The position numbers and the translations under genes are program-made. The notes beneath the pieces were generated by a model that saw nothing but the letters and a program-made list of their open reading frames with translations, did not search any database and was not told the origin of the DNA. From the IMG/VR virus record IMGVR_UViG_3300032314_000362, positions 1 to 54,933 of that record: a stretch of 54,933 bases of DNA. One strand, written 5' to 3'. Numbering within the stretch: position 1 is the first letter of the stretch; each line of letters begins with the position of its first letter. Shown piece after piece: positions 38,122-47,652 of the stretch. The DNA is from a virus. Its lineage: Duplodnaviria; Caudoviricetes.

Positions 38122-39492
38122 CTAAAACCCTTCAAACGTTATCGTTTGCCGTGTTCCTTCCACAAAATCCATAGTCGTAGGATCGAAGTAAAGGGGAATC
38201 GTATCGGTTCGCCCGTTGCGATGCTTGGCTACAATCACGTCGGCCTGATTGGGGTTCTCAGTCGCTTCGTTGTAGACCACATCCCGGTAGAGGAACATCA
38301 CTATATCGGCGTCCTGCTCTAAGCTGCCGCTGTCTTTCAGGTCGCTCAGTTGCGGACGCTTGTCGGCGCGCTGTTCCACCGAACGATTTAATTGCGCTCC
38401 AGCAACGATAGCGACGTTGTATTCGCGGGCGATTTCCTTAAGCGTGCGGCTGATGTAAGCAATCTCTTGCACGCGATTATTGCCGTAGCCGGGCGCGCTC
38501 ATCAATTGCAGGTAGTCTATGTACAGCATATCCAAAGGATATATGCGCTGGAGCCGTTCCAAGTCAGTGCGGATTTTATCTACTGTGATATTGGGCTTGT
38601 CGTCGGTGTCGGTTGGCAACTCCGAGAGAACCTCTAGGGCATTGTAGACACGCACGAATTGATGCTCGTCCAGCGGTTGTTTAAGCGCACTACTGGTCAA
38701 CCCAGACATCATCGAAACGCGACGGGTGTGCAATTCTTCTGCCGACATTTCGAGCGAATAGTACAGACTGTGGGGCTTGATCCCCAGACGCGCCGAATTA
38801 AGCTGCCATTTCAGCATAAACGCCGATTTGCCCATGCCGGGGCGTCCGCCAACGATGACGAACTGCCCGCGCTCCAAGCCGCCCGTAAGTTGGTCTAGGT
38901 TTCTCCACCCTGACATTAGCCCACTAAAGCCGCCCCTTCGTTCCGGCGCGACACTGCGCGCCTCATACATCGCAATCCAATCCCGCGAAAGTTCCATTGC
39001 GTCCCGTCGGGTTGACTCTACCTGATAGGACGCTGTGACTTTCACAAGCCTACGGCTGACTTCCTCAAGCGCTTCGGTAGCGGATAGTTCCTTGCTCACG
39101 GCAAGCGTGTGGACGGCGTGACCGTATTCTAGCAGGCGTCTACGTGCGCCGTCGGCGGCCACCAATCGGGCGTAAGTTTCCCCGTGAATCCCGCTCGGTA
39201 AAGCGAACAGGTCGCTTAGGTATAAATCGCCACCCATCGCCTGATACTGCCCCTTCCCACCCATGTAGTGCCGTAGGGTGGTGTAGTCAATCGGGACGCT
39301 CTCTTTTGTCAGTGAAACCAAAGCGTCCCACAACCAGCGATGACGTTCTAGGTAGAAGTCATCTGGCTGAAGGATTTTCCCTTCACAGAGTAAAACTAGC
39401 TTTGGGTCAATCAACATTGACCCCAATACCACCCGTTCCATTTCTTCATCGTAGAGTTGATCTGGCATAGGCAACTTCTGTGGGCTATTCAC
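38122..39492 (-). CDS. dnaB: Replicative DNA helicase
   Basis: GRPGMGKS, YYSLEMS, IDYLQL, AQLNR, SGSLEQDAD and AKHRNG. Confidence 0.97.
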   Translation of the reverse strand: MNSPQKLPMPDQLYDEEMERVVLGSMLIDPKLVLLCEGKILQPDDFYLERHRWLWDALVSLTKESVPIDYTTLRHYMGGKGQYQAMGGDLYLSDLFALPSGIHGETYARLVAADGARRRLLEYGHAVHTLAVSKELSATEALEEVSRRLVKVTASYQVESTRRDAMELSRDWIAMYEARSVAPERRGGFSGLMSGWRNLDQLTGGLERGQFVIVGGRPGMGKSAFMLKWQLNSARLGIKPHSLYYSLEMSAEELHTRRVSMMSGLTSSALKQPLDEHQFVRVYNALEVLSELPTDTDDKPNITVDKIRTDLERLQRIYPLDMLYIDYLQLMSAPGYGNNRVQEIAYISRTLKEIAREYNVAIVAGAQLNRSVEQRADKRPQLSDLKDSGSLEQDADIVMFLYRDVVYNEATENPNQADVIVAKHRNGRTDTIPLYFDPTTMDFVEGTRQTITFEGF

Positions 39493-40201
39493 TTGGCATC
39501 ACTCCTAGTTGCTTACGCATGAGGTTGCCCCCAACCTCAACCCATGCCGCCGCCCGCAGGCGAGACGTGATCCGCTCACCCCAAACCGTCTGAACCTGCG
39601 CTTGTGTGTAGTTCGTCGTGAGTATCGTGATACGCCCTTCGTCCATGCGCTCCCGTATCACATCCTCAACGACTCGCAACGTGGCTTCAGACACCTTCGA
39701 TAGTCCCATTTCATCTAAGCCCAGCGCAGGCAAGAGCATGTATTTGCGCTTTTCATCTTCCCCGATAAGTTCGGGGTTCCCGTAGGCCGCGTTGATGGTA
39801 TCTATCATGGCGCTCACGCGGGTGTAGCGGCTTAAAATCCCCTTGCCCGCAATCTCGTGCAGCGCGGCACACATCATATGCGTTTTGCCCGTGCCATATG
39901 CGCCGACCAGCACGACAGTCTTGCGATTCCCATCCAAAATTTCACGGCACAATGCAACGGCATTTTGCTTGCCGCGCATTTCGTCAAAATCGGTCAATTT
40001 TGCGTTTTTGAACAACGCGGGGCTATTGACACGCGAAACGTATTCTAGCGCCAAATTAGCCGCATAGCGTTGACCTGCGGGGCATTCCTGACAAGGGGTT
40101 TGCTTGCCAGAAACGAAAATCGAGCCACGTCCCCCGCAGACGCTACAAACGTCTAAATTCCAACCGTTCAGTTGGTCGTAGGTTCTGTCATCCAGTAGCA
40201 T
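39485..40201 (-). CDS. DnaC/IstB-like helicase loader
   Basis: N-terminal Zn-binding Cys pairs, GAYGTGKT, LGLDEMG, TTN and ERITSRL. Confidence 0.88.
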   Translation of the reverse strand: MLLDDRTYDQLNGWNLDVCSVCGGRGSIFVSGKQTPCQECPAGQRYAANLALEYVSRVNSPALFKNAKLTDFDEMRGKQNAVALCREILDGNRKTVVLVGAYGTGKTHMMCAALHEIAGKGILSRYTRVSAMIDTINAAYGNPELIGEDEKRKYMLLPALGLDEMGLSKVSEATLRVVEDVIRERMDEGRITILTTNYTQAQVQTVWGERITSRLRAAAWVEVGGNLMRKQLGVMPSE

Positions 40202-40205
40202 TTTC

Positions 40206-41162
40206 TCAGTCTCCCTTCGTACCTAATTCAGGCAATTCAAAACTATCGCTTGTGTAGCGGGATTGCCCTTCGACAACAGGCGCAGGTGCTACGGCAAGAT
40301 ACTTCCCGAACCACTCAGCAAACTTCTTGCCGCGTGGAAAATTGAACCCCGGCACTTCCTTTGCGTACCACTCAAAGTACGCTTCCACCGCTTCCGTCGT
40401 GACCTTATCAGCGTGAGCGGCTTTAAGCGACTGAACCTCTTTGGCGGACGGGGCAAAGCCCAATCCCATATTATTAGCAACCGCACCGACGAGTTGTTGG
40501 TGATTTGTTAGCGGCTTTTTGGGCTTTTGGGAGGGGGGGGCTTCCGCAATGGGGGGGTGGGGTAGTACCTGCTGCTCACTTAGTTGTACGCTCAGTCTTA
40601 TTCCTTCAACAACAGACGTTGTTTGTTCTTGGGCGGTTTTCGTTTCGGGGGAGTGGTCGGAGTTCTCAGATGCTTGCATCTGCCTTTCTTTCAAGTCGCC
40701 TGAGTTTCTTTCTAAGGTATCTTTCTCTGATCGGGGTAAAGATTCTTGCCCTCCGGGGTAAAAATTCTTTACCCCTGAATCCGTTTGGGGGTAAAAATTC
40801 TTTACCCCTGATTCAATGGTTGGATAGATAATCCAGTAGGTTCTACGAATGCGGGCGGCATCCCCTTCATCTTGAGAAGATAGCAACCCTAGATCGGTAA
40901 GTGACCTAAGTGCCTTCTGTATCGTGGGGCGTGATAACCCCGTTCCAGCGTCTAACGGCGTCCCATCGCTCCGCTTGCGACCATGCTCAAAATCTTCAAG
41001 GGTTAGGTGGCGGTTGAGTTCGTGATACCCGATAGTTTGCCGAAACATATAGGTCATGACAACGTGTTCCGATGGGGAGAGCGTTGGCATAATCCAGTCT
41101 AGGTAATCGTTGGGGACTTGGCTGTAGTTGAACTTCGGTGCTACATAGGGTTTGCTTGACAT
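40206..41162 (-). CDS. Phage replication initiator (lambda O-like)
   Basis: YSQVPN, RQTIGY and TGLSRPTIQKALRSL winged HTH; internal iterons; upstream of the loader and helicase. Confidence 0.8.
   Translation of the reverse strand: MSSKPYVAPKFNYSQVPNDYLDWIMPTLSPSEHVVMTYMFRQTIGYHELNRHLTLEDFEHGRKRSDGTPLDAGTGLSRPTIQKALRSLTDLGLLSSQDEGDAARIRRTYWIIYPTIESGVKNFYPQTDSGVKNFYPGGQESLPRSEKDTLERNSGDLKERQMQASENSDHSPETKTAQEQTTSVVEGIRLSVQLSEQQVLPHPPIAEAPPSQKPKKPLTNHQQLVGAVANNMGLGFAPSAKEVQSLKAAHADKVTTEAVEAYFEWYAKEVPGFNFPRGKKFAEWFGKYLAVAPAPVVEGQSRYTSDSFELPELGTKGD
40733..40811. repeat. Iterons / candidate replication origin inside the initiator gene
   Basis: GGGGTAAAAATTCTTTACCCCTGA at 40755 and 40788, plus a degenerate copy at 40733. 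Each full copy is itself palindromic. Confidence 0.75.
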
Positions 41163-41325
41163 TTCTCACACCTATTGGCGTCTTACGCCGATTTCAGGTA
41201 CAATAGGGGAGTCTTGTGACCCCTATTGTACCCTTCTGTTTGCTTCCCCCGTTTATCGCGGGGGATTTGCCTTTATTGGCATGAGTATTGTAGCACGGGA
41301 GCAATCCCCCGTACAACGTCACCTG

Positions 41326-42012
41326 CTAAATCCGACAATATTCCACAATGTCACGGAACACCCGTTCCTCGTTGACGCCGCTGGTCAGGTGAAACACGCG
41401 CTCCGGCTTGTCCTTAGCCCTAACCGTAATTGCCGTTGCGTAACGGCGAATGATCCCGCCGTCGGGTAGCCGAATGCTGTCCCCGATAATGAGCAGTCGT
41501 AGCTGCTTCATCAGGTCTCGGTCAGCCGCCAGCGGCGATTGCTTCACCGACGGGGTTCCGTGATCCTCACAAACGTACTCAAGCCGCTTAATCGCGCCGA
41601 TGTTTGCCTCAATGACGGCGTTCTTACCTTGAAAACGGACAAGCACGCGCTGTGGCTCTCCCTCAATGCGTTCGACACTCAGGACAATGCCCGACTCACC
41701 GCCGTACTTAAGCGCGTAGCAACCGTCGCGCTGTTCTGGTGCCATATGCGACCAACCAATAGCAGTCGTTGACAGCGATGAATGTTCTTCGCGCAGGCGA
41801 ATGGCGAACGGGATGATTTGCGATTCAGCGAATACGACTTTCCCCCCCTGAATGTAGGATGGTAAGCCTGCCTTTTTCGCTTGAATACGCATATATGTCA
41901 CCCAGCGCCACAAAATCGCTTGATCGGGGTAACGTTCTTGCAACTTGCGGTGAATGGTGTTGAGGTCAATATAGCTGATTGCTGGGTTCAACGTTTGCTT
42001 GGGCGGTGTCAC
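41326..42012 (-). CDS. Hypothetical protein, possible N-terminal winged-helix/HTH_17-like domain
   Basis: GTGA-coupled; GLPSYIQGGKVVF wing-like segment. Confidence 0.55.
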   Translation of the reverse strand: MTPPKQTLNPAISYIDLNTIHRKLQERYPDQAILWRWVTYMRIQAKKAGLPSYIQGGKVVFAESQIIPFAIRLREEHSSLSTTAIGWSHMAPEQRDGCYALKYGGESGIVLSVERIEGEPQRVLVRFQGKNAVIEANIGAIKRLEYVCEDHGTPSVKQSPLAADRDLMKQLRLLIIGDSIRLPDGGIIRRYATAITVRAKDKPERVFHLTSGVNEERVFRDIVEYCRI

Positions 42013-42782
42013 GGTGTCACTCTCTCTTTGTGTGCGATTTGTTGTCTTAGGCGGTTCAGGTTGACGTGTGCTGCGAGCAATGGCAGGTGGGTGGCCGTGC
42101 GGCTAACCCAGACGTGTTTCACTTCACTGGCAGGCGGAATGTAGGGATGGGCGTACCATGCCGTTTTAACTTTGCCGCCGGGACGCCAGAAGCCTACATC
42201 CCATTCGGGCGACGGGTTAAATTCGCCGTCGCTTTTTTCCTTCACCCGGCTCATTTCGGTGTTGGTTCGTTTGTTCCATGCGAACCAAGTATATTTGTTC
42301 CAGTGATGGGACGGTTGCCCCAGCATGTGACCTGTGCCGTCGTTCATGACGACATAGGTTTCAGGGTAGAGATGGGCAAATACCCCTTGCCGCCAACCAG
42401 CGCGACGGCGGGCTTCTACCAGATAGTTGACCATATCCGCGAGATATTGCCCATCAAAGTTGATCCACCCCATTCGGATCACTTGCCATTGCAAGATCAA
42501 CGCTTGGTTGTACTTGCCCATGTCGGTAAGGAACCGCCCGCGTGCGTGTGCCGACGTGCCGTTGAAGGGTGATCCGCCCTCCATTTCAATGGCAATATGC
42601 CATTCTGGGAACGCGACATCAAACGCCCACGCTTGATAGGGGTGAAACTGGCACTCATAGATCGCCCCGTTATGTGCTGTCGTCCCCTCAACAGCATCTT
42701 CAAGTAGCCTCTTGCGTTCAGCGGCGGCGTTTGTGTCTTTGGGCTTAACCGTGCGTTTAGCCAAGATCAACCCCCAGATCAA
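42009..42782 (-). CDS. PD-(D/E)xK endonuclease (DUF559/Vsr-like)
   Basis: ECQFHP..WAFDVAFP...IAIEMEGG...DMGKYNQA...WQVIR. The true start may be a few codons downstream. Confidence 0.75.
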   Translation of the reverse strand: MIWGLILAKRTVKPKDTNAAAERKRLLEDAVEGTTAHNGAIYECQFHPYQAWAFDVAFPEWHIAIEMEGGSPFNGTSAHARGRFLTDMGKYNQALILQWQVIRMGWINFDGQYLADMVNYLVEARRRAGWRQGVFAHLYPETYVVMNDGTGHMLGQPSHHWNKYTWFAWNKRTNTEMSRVKEKSDGEFNPSPEWDVGFWRPGGKVKTAWYAHPYIPPASEVKHVWVSRTATHLPLLAAHVNLNRLRQQIAHKERVTP

Positions 42783-43335
42783 ACGGGGTATCTTGTGGGG
42801 AAGTTGCCAGCGGCTTCAATGCTTGCTTCAATAGCTCTTGCAAAAGAGGGGAGTCCTTAAAATGGGCGTCGGTCAAGTAGCCAAAACCGAACCGCGTTTC
42901 AACCCAATCTACGAACTCGTCGGCCAAAGTCTTTTGGTCTGGTGCAGGTGCAATCGCTTCGCGGGACGGCCACGCCGCAAGTTGCAACTCGGTTCCTTCC
43001 ACTTTTTTCAATACACATCCTTCCCAACTTTTGCCGCTGCGAAACGTGTTCCGTGCTGTTTCGCTTTCAAAAACGGGGACAAGGCATTGAAACTCAGTCT
43101 CCGCCCATCTATTTGCTGCATCGGGTGATACTTCTGGGTCAAGGATCACCGTTTCAACGCCTGCCAGCCGGACGCGCCGCACGGCGTTTGCGCTGGGTTC
43201 TGGGGTGATGATGTATTCACCGCTGTTTGGCTCCACTAGCTCGTAGCCCAATAGGGCTAGATGCTCGTGCAGACCCTTTGGGGGAATATGCCGAGTCATA
43301 TTCCAGTAGATTCGGTTAGCGTCTTTATTGCTCAT
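42757..43335 (-). CDS. Hypothetical protein
   Basis: Coupled ORF. Confidence 0.6.
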   Translation of the reverse strand: MSNKDANRIYWNMTRHIPPKGLHEHLALLGYELVEPNSGEYIITPEPSANAVRRVRLAGVETVILDPEVSPDAANRWAETEFQCLVPVFESETARNTFRSGKSWEGCVLKKVEGTELQLAAWPSREAIAPAPDQKTLADEFVDWVETRFGFGYLTDAHFKDSPLLQELLKQALKPLATSPQDTPFDLGVDLG

Positions 43336-43619
43336 ATACCTATCCCTTCCGCTGATAGACGCACATCAAGCCCGTGCGCCTCTTTCAAGTAAGTTTCTGC
43401 GCTCGAAAGCGCGTCGTGCAGTTGTTTCGCAATCTGACAATGGCGCGTTCCCGCCTCATGCCCAAGTTCCAGTACCATTGGCGCGGGTATGACCGTCATC
43501 CAGCGCCCCTTGCGTGGTTCCCTCACTAAAATGCAGTGAACATAGTCGCTCACCGCGTATTTCCAGTGGGGGAGTGCTTTCAGCCGTGTTGCAACGATTT
43601 CTACTGGCATGATTACCAC
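43332..43619 (-). CDS. Hypothetical protein
   Basis: Coupled ORF. Confidence 0.55.
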   Translation of the reverse strand: MVIMPVEIVATRLKALPHWKYAVSDYVHCILVREPRKGRWMTVIPAPMVLELGHEAGTRHCQIAKQLHDALSSAETYLKEAHGLDVRLSAEGIGI

Positions 43620-43903
43620 GCCTCAAAAGCGGCAATCAACTCCGCTGATGGGAAACCGTCAGTGCGAAAGGTGCGACCCGACGCCATGCCGATTTCGTCC
43701 TCTACGATGTACGCCACATGCTGAAGGCTAATCAAAACACTCTTGGCGCGATAAGACGGATTGGCAACGCCGATTTCATCGGGAACCAGAACGCGCACGC
43801 GAAACACGTTTTGCTTGCGCGGCGCAGGAAGGTCAAAGACCTGTCCAGCGTTCTGAATCTCGGCGGGGTCAACGCCGCCCGTGTTGCTCTGGTAGTAGTT
43901 CAT
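43613..43903 (-). CDS. Hypothetical protein
   Basis: AAGGAG SD; promoter TTGACA-17-TATCAT at 43956-43928. Confidence 0.65.
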   Translation of the reverse strand: MNYYQSNTGGVDPAEIQNAGQVFDLPAPRKQNVFRVRVLVPDEIGVANPSYRAKSVLISLQHVAYIVEDEIGMASGRTFRTDGFPSAELIAAFEAW

Positions 43904-43982
43904 GGTCTGTTACACTCCTTTTTGACGATGATACACCCTACAAGAGATATTGTCAAACACAATACTTGCGGGGTGTACGGGG

Positions 43983-44390
43983 CTAGATAACTTCGTTGAT
44001 CCACTCTGGCAGGTCAAAACCTGCGGGGTTCAGGTTGTGTAGCGCTAGACGGTTGCGTAGCATCTGCGCGGTGTACTTGGCGCGGGCAAACTCTTTGCCC
44101 CGGCCAAACTCAATACGCTCTGCGACAAACGGCGGGGCAGGTTGCGAGTAGGTGACTTTAGACGAAACCTGTACCTGCTCATTTTCAATGAGGATAAGAA
44201 CACCGTGCCATTGCGTGCGCGGCGGGGGCGGGGGGGTTGCCAACCGCCGCCATTCAACCCGCACTAGGCTACTGCGGTCTGGTAAGAATCCCGCGTGCTG
44301 AAGGGACGCACGCATGAGCTTCACCGAGCGCGGCTCGTAGCCCCCGAACTCACTACCTGCCCACAGCGAAATCTGGATAGGCGCGCTCAT
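43983..44390 (-). CDS. Hypothetical protein
   Basis: AGGAG SD; promoter TTGACA-17-TATCCT at 44489-44461. Confidence 0.6.
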   Translation of the reverse strand: MSAPIQISLWAGSEFGGYEPRSVKLMRASLQHAGFLPDRSSLVRVEWRRLATPPPPPRTQWHGVLILIENEQVQVSSKVTYSQPAPPFVAERIEFGRGKEFARAKYTAQMLRNRLALHNLNPAGFDLPEWINEVI

Positions 44391-44567
44391 GGTTTAGGCT
44401 CCTATAGTGGTTTTGGTTTACAAAAAGGGCAGTCCGCAATGCTGTTTCTTCCACACGCTCAGGATACCCCCGTATAGCGCTATTGTCAACGCTGGCAAAC
44501 CGATGTCAGCCTGCGCGGTACTGTGATATACTATTCGCAATGAATTTCTTGCGAAGGATTAGCGCCG

Positions 44568-45320
44568 ATGCAGCAAAGCAGAGCAATGAGGGTGCTAAGG
44601 CACTACAGCGCTGGCGAGCCGACACCGTTCATCATCACCAACACCGCAGGTACGTTTGACCCCACAGTTACCACGTCAGGCGGCACAGTGACGTGGCGCA
44701 ACGGGTTAACAGGGGAAACGTTCACGACAAATTCGCTGTCAGTAGCGGGGACGGGTGTTAGCACGCCTTGGTATATTGATCCTATCAGCATCGTGCGAAC
44801 ACTGGATTGTCAAAACGACGATGTGACGTATGTAAATTTCAAAGGATTACCATTAGTCACATCTATCAATTGTAATTTTAATAGTATAACGGGTACGCCA
44901 GATTTTAGTGGCAACCCTCTGGTGACATCAATTGGTATGTTCGCGAATAATTTTTCTGGGGAGCTTGATCTTCGTGCCAACCCCGCGCTGGTGCAGGCTG
45001 CTTTTGGCGCTACGTCAATATCTGGAGTGGCAAACCTGAGTGGGAATCCGCTCTTAACTCGTATTGAGCTTTACAACACAAATGTAGCATCTGTTGTATT
45101 CGGTGCTAACACTGTACTCACGTATTTATTGTTACACCGATACGGTCAAAATATCCTTATGACGCAAAGCGCAGTGGACAATGTTATTATTGCTATTGAG
45201 GCGTTCGGAACGAGCAACGGCACGCTAAATGTAGGCGGTAGCAATGCCGATCCTAGCGCGGGTGTCATTGCTACACAGGTTGCCGCGCTGGTTAGTCGAG
45301 GTTGGACTGTCACGTACTAG
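44568..45320 (+). CDS. Leucine-rich-repeat-like protein, possibly virion- or surface-associated
   Basis: Repeats of about 22-23 aa (FKGLPLVTSINCNFN, FSGNPLVTSIGMFAN, LRANPALVQAAFGAT, LSGNPLLTRIELYNT); extended -10 TGnTATACT at about 44524-44532. Confidence 0.7.
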   Translation: MQQSRAMRVLRHYSAGEPTPFIITNTAGTFDPTVTTSGGTVTWRNGLTGETFTTNSLSVAGTGVSTPWYIDPISIVRTLDCQNDDVTYVNFKGLPLVTSINCNFNSITGTPDFSGNPLVTSIGMFANNFSGELDLRANPALVQAAFGATSISGVANLSGNPLLTRIELYNTNVASVVFGANTVLTYLLLHRYGQNILMTQSAVDNVIIAIEAFGTSNGTLNVGGSNADPSAGVIATQVAALVSRGWTVTY

Positions 45321-45329
45321 GGGGATGAT

Positions 45330-45800
45330 GTGATACAAATACTGCTAAATGAGGAAACGAACACGCGCTATATTCAGCCTGTGACGAACAATCTGGCGGT
45401 ATCCGCTTATGCGTTTGCTGCCAGTGATGGATTTATGGACGTTACCGCTATTGCGCTCAATACCACGCTTGATAACGTGTTTAACGTGCTAGGCGCGGCT
45501 ACAGGCTACGCTTTTGTAGATGAACGAAACGCCCAAAACCTAACCGATGTGCCAAAGCCCACGCGGGAGATTACTCGCATATTCATTAAGCCGACATCGG
45601 CAGGAACGCTTGACGTGTACAATCTGGATATGTCCGCAGACATTGACCGCGTAGCGCTACCGCTGACTACGACCATGCTATCACAGAGCGATTTAGAGCT
45701 TGCCGCGCAAATCTTTGCGGGGGGTGATGTGAATGCAGCATTGGCGGGGCTGGCCGCGCTGTGGGGTTTGACGCTGAACGATACACGAACTGGAATCTAG
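45330..45800 (+). CDS. Hypothetical protein co-transcribed with the LRR gene
   Basis: AGGGGG SD, followed by a terminator. Confidence 0.6.
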   Translation: MIQILLNEETNTRYIQPVTNNLAVSAYAFAASDGFMDVTAIALNTTLDNVFNVLGAATGYAFVDERNAQNLTDVPKPTREITRIFIKPTSAGTLDVYNLDMSADIDRVALPLTTTMLSQSDLELAAQIFAGGDVNAALAGLAALWGLTLNDTRTGI

Positions 45801-45831
45801 CTTGCACAACGGAGATAGAAGTGGATACAGT

Positions 45832-45861
45832 GCGCCCGCTCCAACTGGATCGGGCGCTTTT
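45832..45861 (+). terminator. Rho-independent terminator
   Basis: GCGCCCG...CGGGCGC-TTTT. Confidence 0.7.
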
Positions 45862-45892
45862 GATTTGGCTAGGTAATGGGGATTACAGGGGA

Positions 45893-46243
45893 CTAATCTT
45901 CTTCAATGAGCGCAACGGGCTTAAAGCCTGCCCAATCACGAATTGGCAATTCGGCTTCATCAGCGGGCGCTGGCATTGATTCAACGGTTGGCAATACCAC
46001 CTTCATTGCACTTACAATCGCCTGCCAAGCGCGCTCTAGGGCATCAGTAACTTTGCTTTTAGCGGCGTAAACATCCCATAGCGCGGGGTCGCGCAGGTCT
46101 TGCGCTGTGGGGTCATCTGGGTCGCCGGGGTCGCTGGCATTCCAGCGATCCAATGCACTCTTTTCGTCGGCACGGGCGCGGGCGACGGCTTCGTAGGCAG
46201 CTTGCTTTGCAATTTCCAACTCTTTTACGATTTCTGCGTTCAT
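45893..46243 (-). CDS. Hypothetical protein
   Basis: Helical ORF with a GGGAAG SD. Confidence 0.6.
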   Translation of the reverse strand: MNAEIVKELEIAKQAAYEAVARARADEKSALDRWNASDPGDPDDPTAQDLRDPALWDVYAAKSKVTDALERAWQAIVSAMKVVLPTVESMPAPADEAELPIRDWAGFKPVALIEED

Positions 46244-46377
46244 GATATTTCTTCCCGCCCATCTGGGCTACGGAGCGCGCTGGCTCCAGTGTATGATAGT
46301 TTCGTTGTACCGCTTAGGGGTTTCCCCCTATTTATCCCCGCGCTGTCACGCGGGGATGGCTTTTTAACGCCCCTACC

Positions 46378-46728
46378 CTATTGATTCGCTCGCTTCATAG
46401 GCTCACCGCGCAAGTAGGCGCAAACATCAGCTTCCGTACACTTGTGTACGGCGCAGTCAACGATAATGCGGAAGCGCTCATAGGGCGAAAGTGCGCGTAG
46501 AGCCATTTCTTTATCGCCCGATAGGCGCCCTGTTGCCAATGCCCATTTGAAGCCGTATTCGGCTTGGCGCAGAGCGTGCTGCATATTGCCCTCTACATCA
46601 TCACGGCGCAGGTATGAGGCAAAACGCTCAGTAGCCCGAAAGTCGTTCGTGTTATGGAAAATCCCGATCTCGCGCAGTTGCGCGTTTAGGGCTTTTTCTT
46701 GTTGGGCGATTTGGGCGAGAGCGTTCAT
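46378..46728 (-). CDS. Hypothetical protein
   Basis: Downstream of the operator-containing promoter at 46789-46817. Confidence 0.6.
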   Translation of the reverse strand: MNALAQIAQQEKALNAQLREIGIFHNTNDFRATERFASYLRRDDVEGNMQHALRQAEYGFKWALATGRLSGDKEMALRALSPYERFRIIVDCAVHKCTEADVCAYLRGEPMKRANQ

Positions 46729-46788
46729 TTAGGGCAACTTTCTGCGCTTGCGCGCTATGGGGTAGGCCAAGCGCCTACTGATAAAAGA

Positions 46789-46817
46789 AGTATATAAGGT
46801 ATAGCTATACCTGTCAA
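46789..46817 (-). promoter_or_regulatory. Promoter with a palindromic operator in the spacer
   Basis: TTGACA-17-TATACT; palindrome AGGTATAGCTATACCT at 46797-46812. Confidence 0.75.
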
Positions 46818-46831
46818 TAGGGGAATGCCCC

Positions 46832-47071
46832 CTAATCTTTAGGGGCTTCGAGCGCGGCCTGTTGGCGCTCACGATAATCCACACGAACGCCGGTTGTGCT
46901 GTGTGTGCGCGGCGGTGGCGTCGGCATGGCATCGCGGGCGGCTTTTTCTGCGATAGCTGACGCGATGTAGTCGGTCAGGGCTGTGTCGCCTGCGGCGCTC
47001 TCCAGCCACGCACGATAGTCCGGCGTGACTGGGAAGCGGATGCTGTGAAGGGGTTGCTTAGGGTTGGGCAT
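46832..47071 (-). CDS. Small ribbon-helix-helix-like DNA-binding protein
   Basis: HSIRFPVTPDYRAWLESAAGDTALTDYIASAIAEKA (beta-helix-helix); start ATG 47071. Confidence 0.6.
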   Translation of the reverse strand: MPNPKQPLHSIRFPVTPDYRAWLESAAGDTALTDYIASAIAEKAARDAMPTPPPRTHSTTGVRVDYRERQQAALEAPKD

Positions 47072-47076
47072 GGTAT

Positions 47077-47556
47077 CTATTCGTAAACCAGAACTTCCCA
47101 ACCGTCGCCCTTGCCCCATACGGCCATTTGCTCAATGATCGCTTCACGGGGATATAACCCCGCCGCTGAATTTTCACGATCAAGCCCTAGCCCGTCTGTG
47201 CCGAACTCTAAGCGATAAAGCTCACCCTCTTTTTCCACGCGGGCAAAGCGCCCGCCTTTGCTCGTGCTGATGACGGTTTCACCGCTTTCGACTTCCAGCA
47301 AAGCGGCGCCTACGTCTAGGGTAGATTCGCCGCCCAGCGCCGTAATCGCGCTTTCCCACGCGCTGCGGATAGCAGGGTCTTCGATTTCGCTTACGAAGCC
47401 TTCGCCCATCATGTCTAAGGCGTCTGCGGACTTGGTTGCATCGCCTGCCCAGAACTCATCCGTGCCGCTGCCATCGTCATTTTGGGCGCGCACATCGCCT
47501 TCCCAGACGATAAACCCGCCGCTACCCATGTGACATATTGTGATAGTTGTGTTCAT
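47077..47556 (-). CDS. Acidic hypothetical protein
   Basis: GGAG SD; very rich in Asp and Glu. Confidence 0.65.
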   Translation of the reverse strand: MNTTITICHMGSGGFIVWEGDVRAQNDDGSGTDEFWAGDATKSADALDMMGEGFVSEIEDPAIRSAWESAITALGGESTLDVGAALLEVESGETVISTSKGGRFARVEKEGELYRLEFGTDGLGLDRENSAAGLYPREAIIEQMAVWGKGDGWEVLVYE

Positions 47557-47603
47557 GGTTGCTTCTCCGTTTCTGTGGGGTCCTTGTTGCCTCCACTTCC
47601 AAT

Positions 47604-47632
47604 AGTATAGCAGGTATGGTTATACCTGTCAA
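47604..47632 (-). promoter_or_regulatory. Promoter with the same palindromic operator
   Basis: TTGACA-17-TATACT; CAGGTATGGTTATACCTG at 47611-47628. Confidence 0.75.
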
Positions 47633-47652
47633 GCGATAGCATGGGGCAAATT

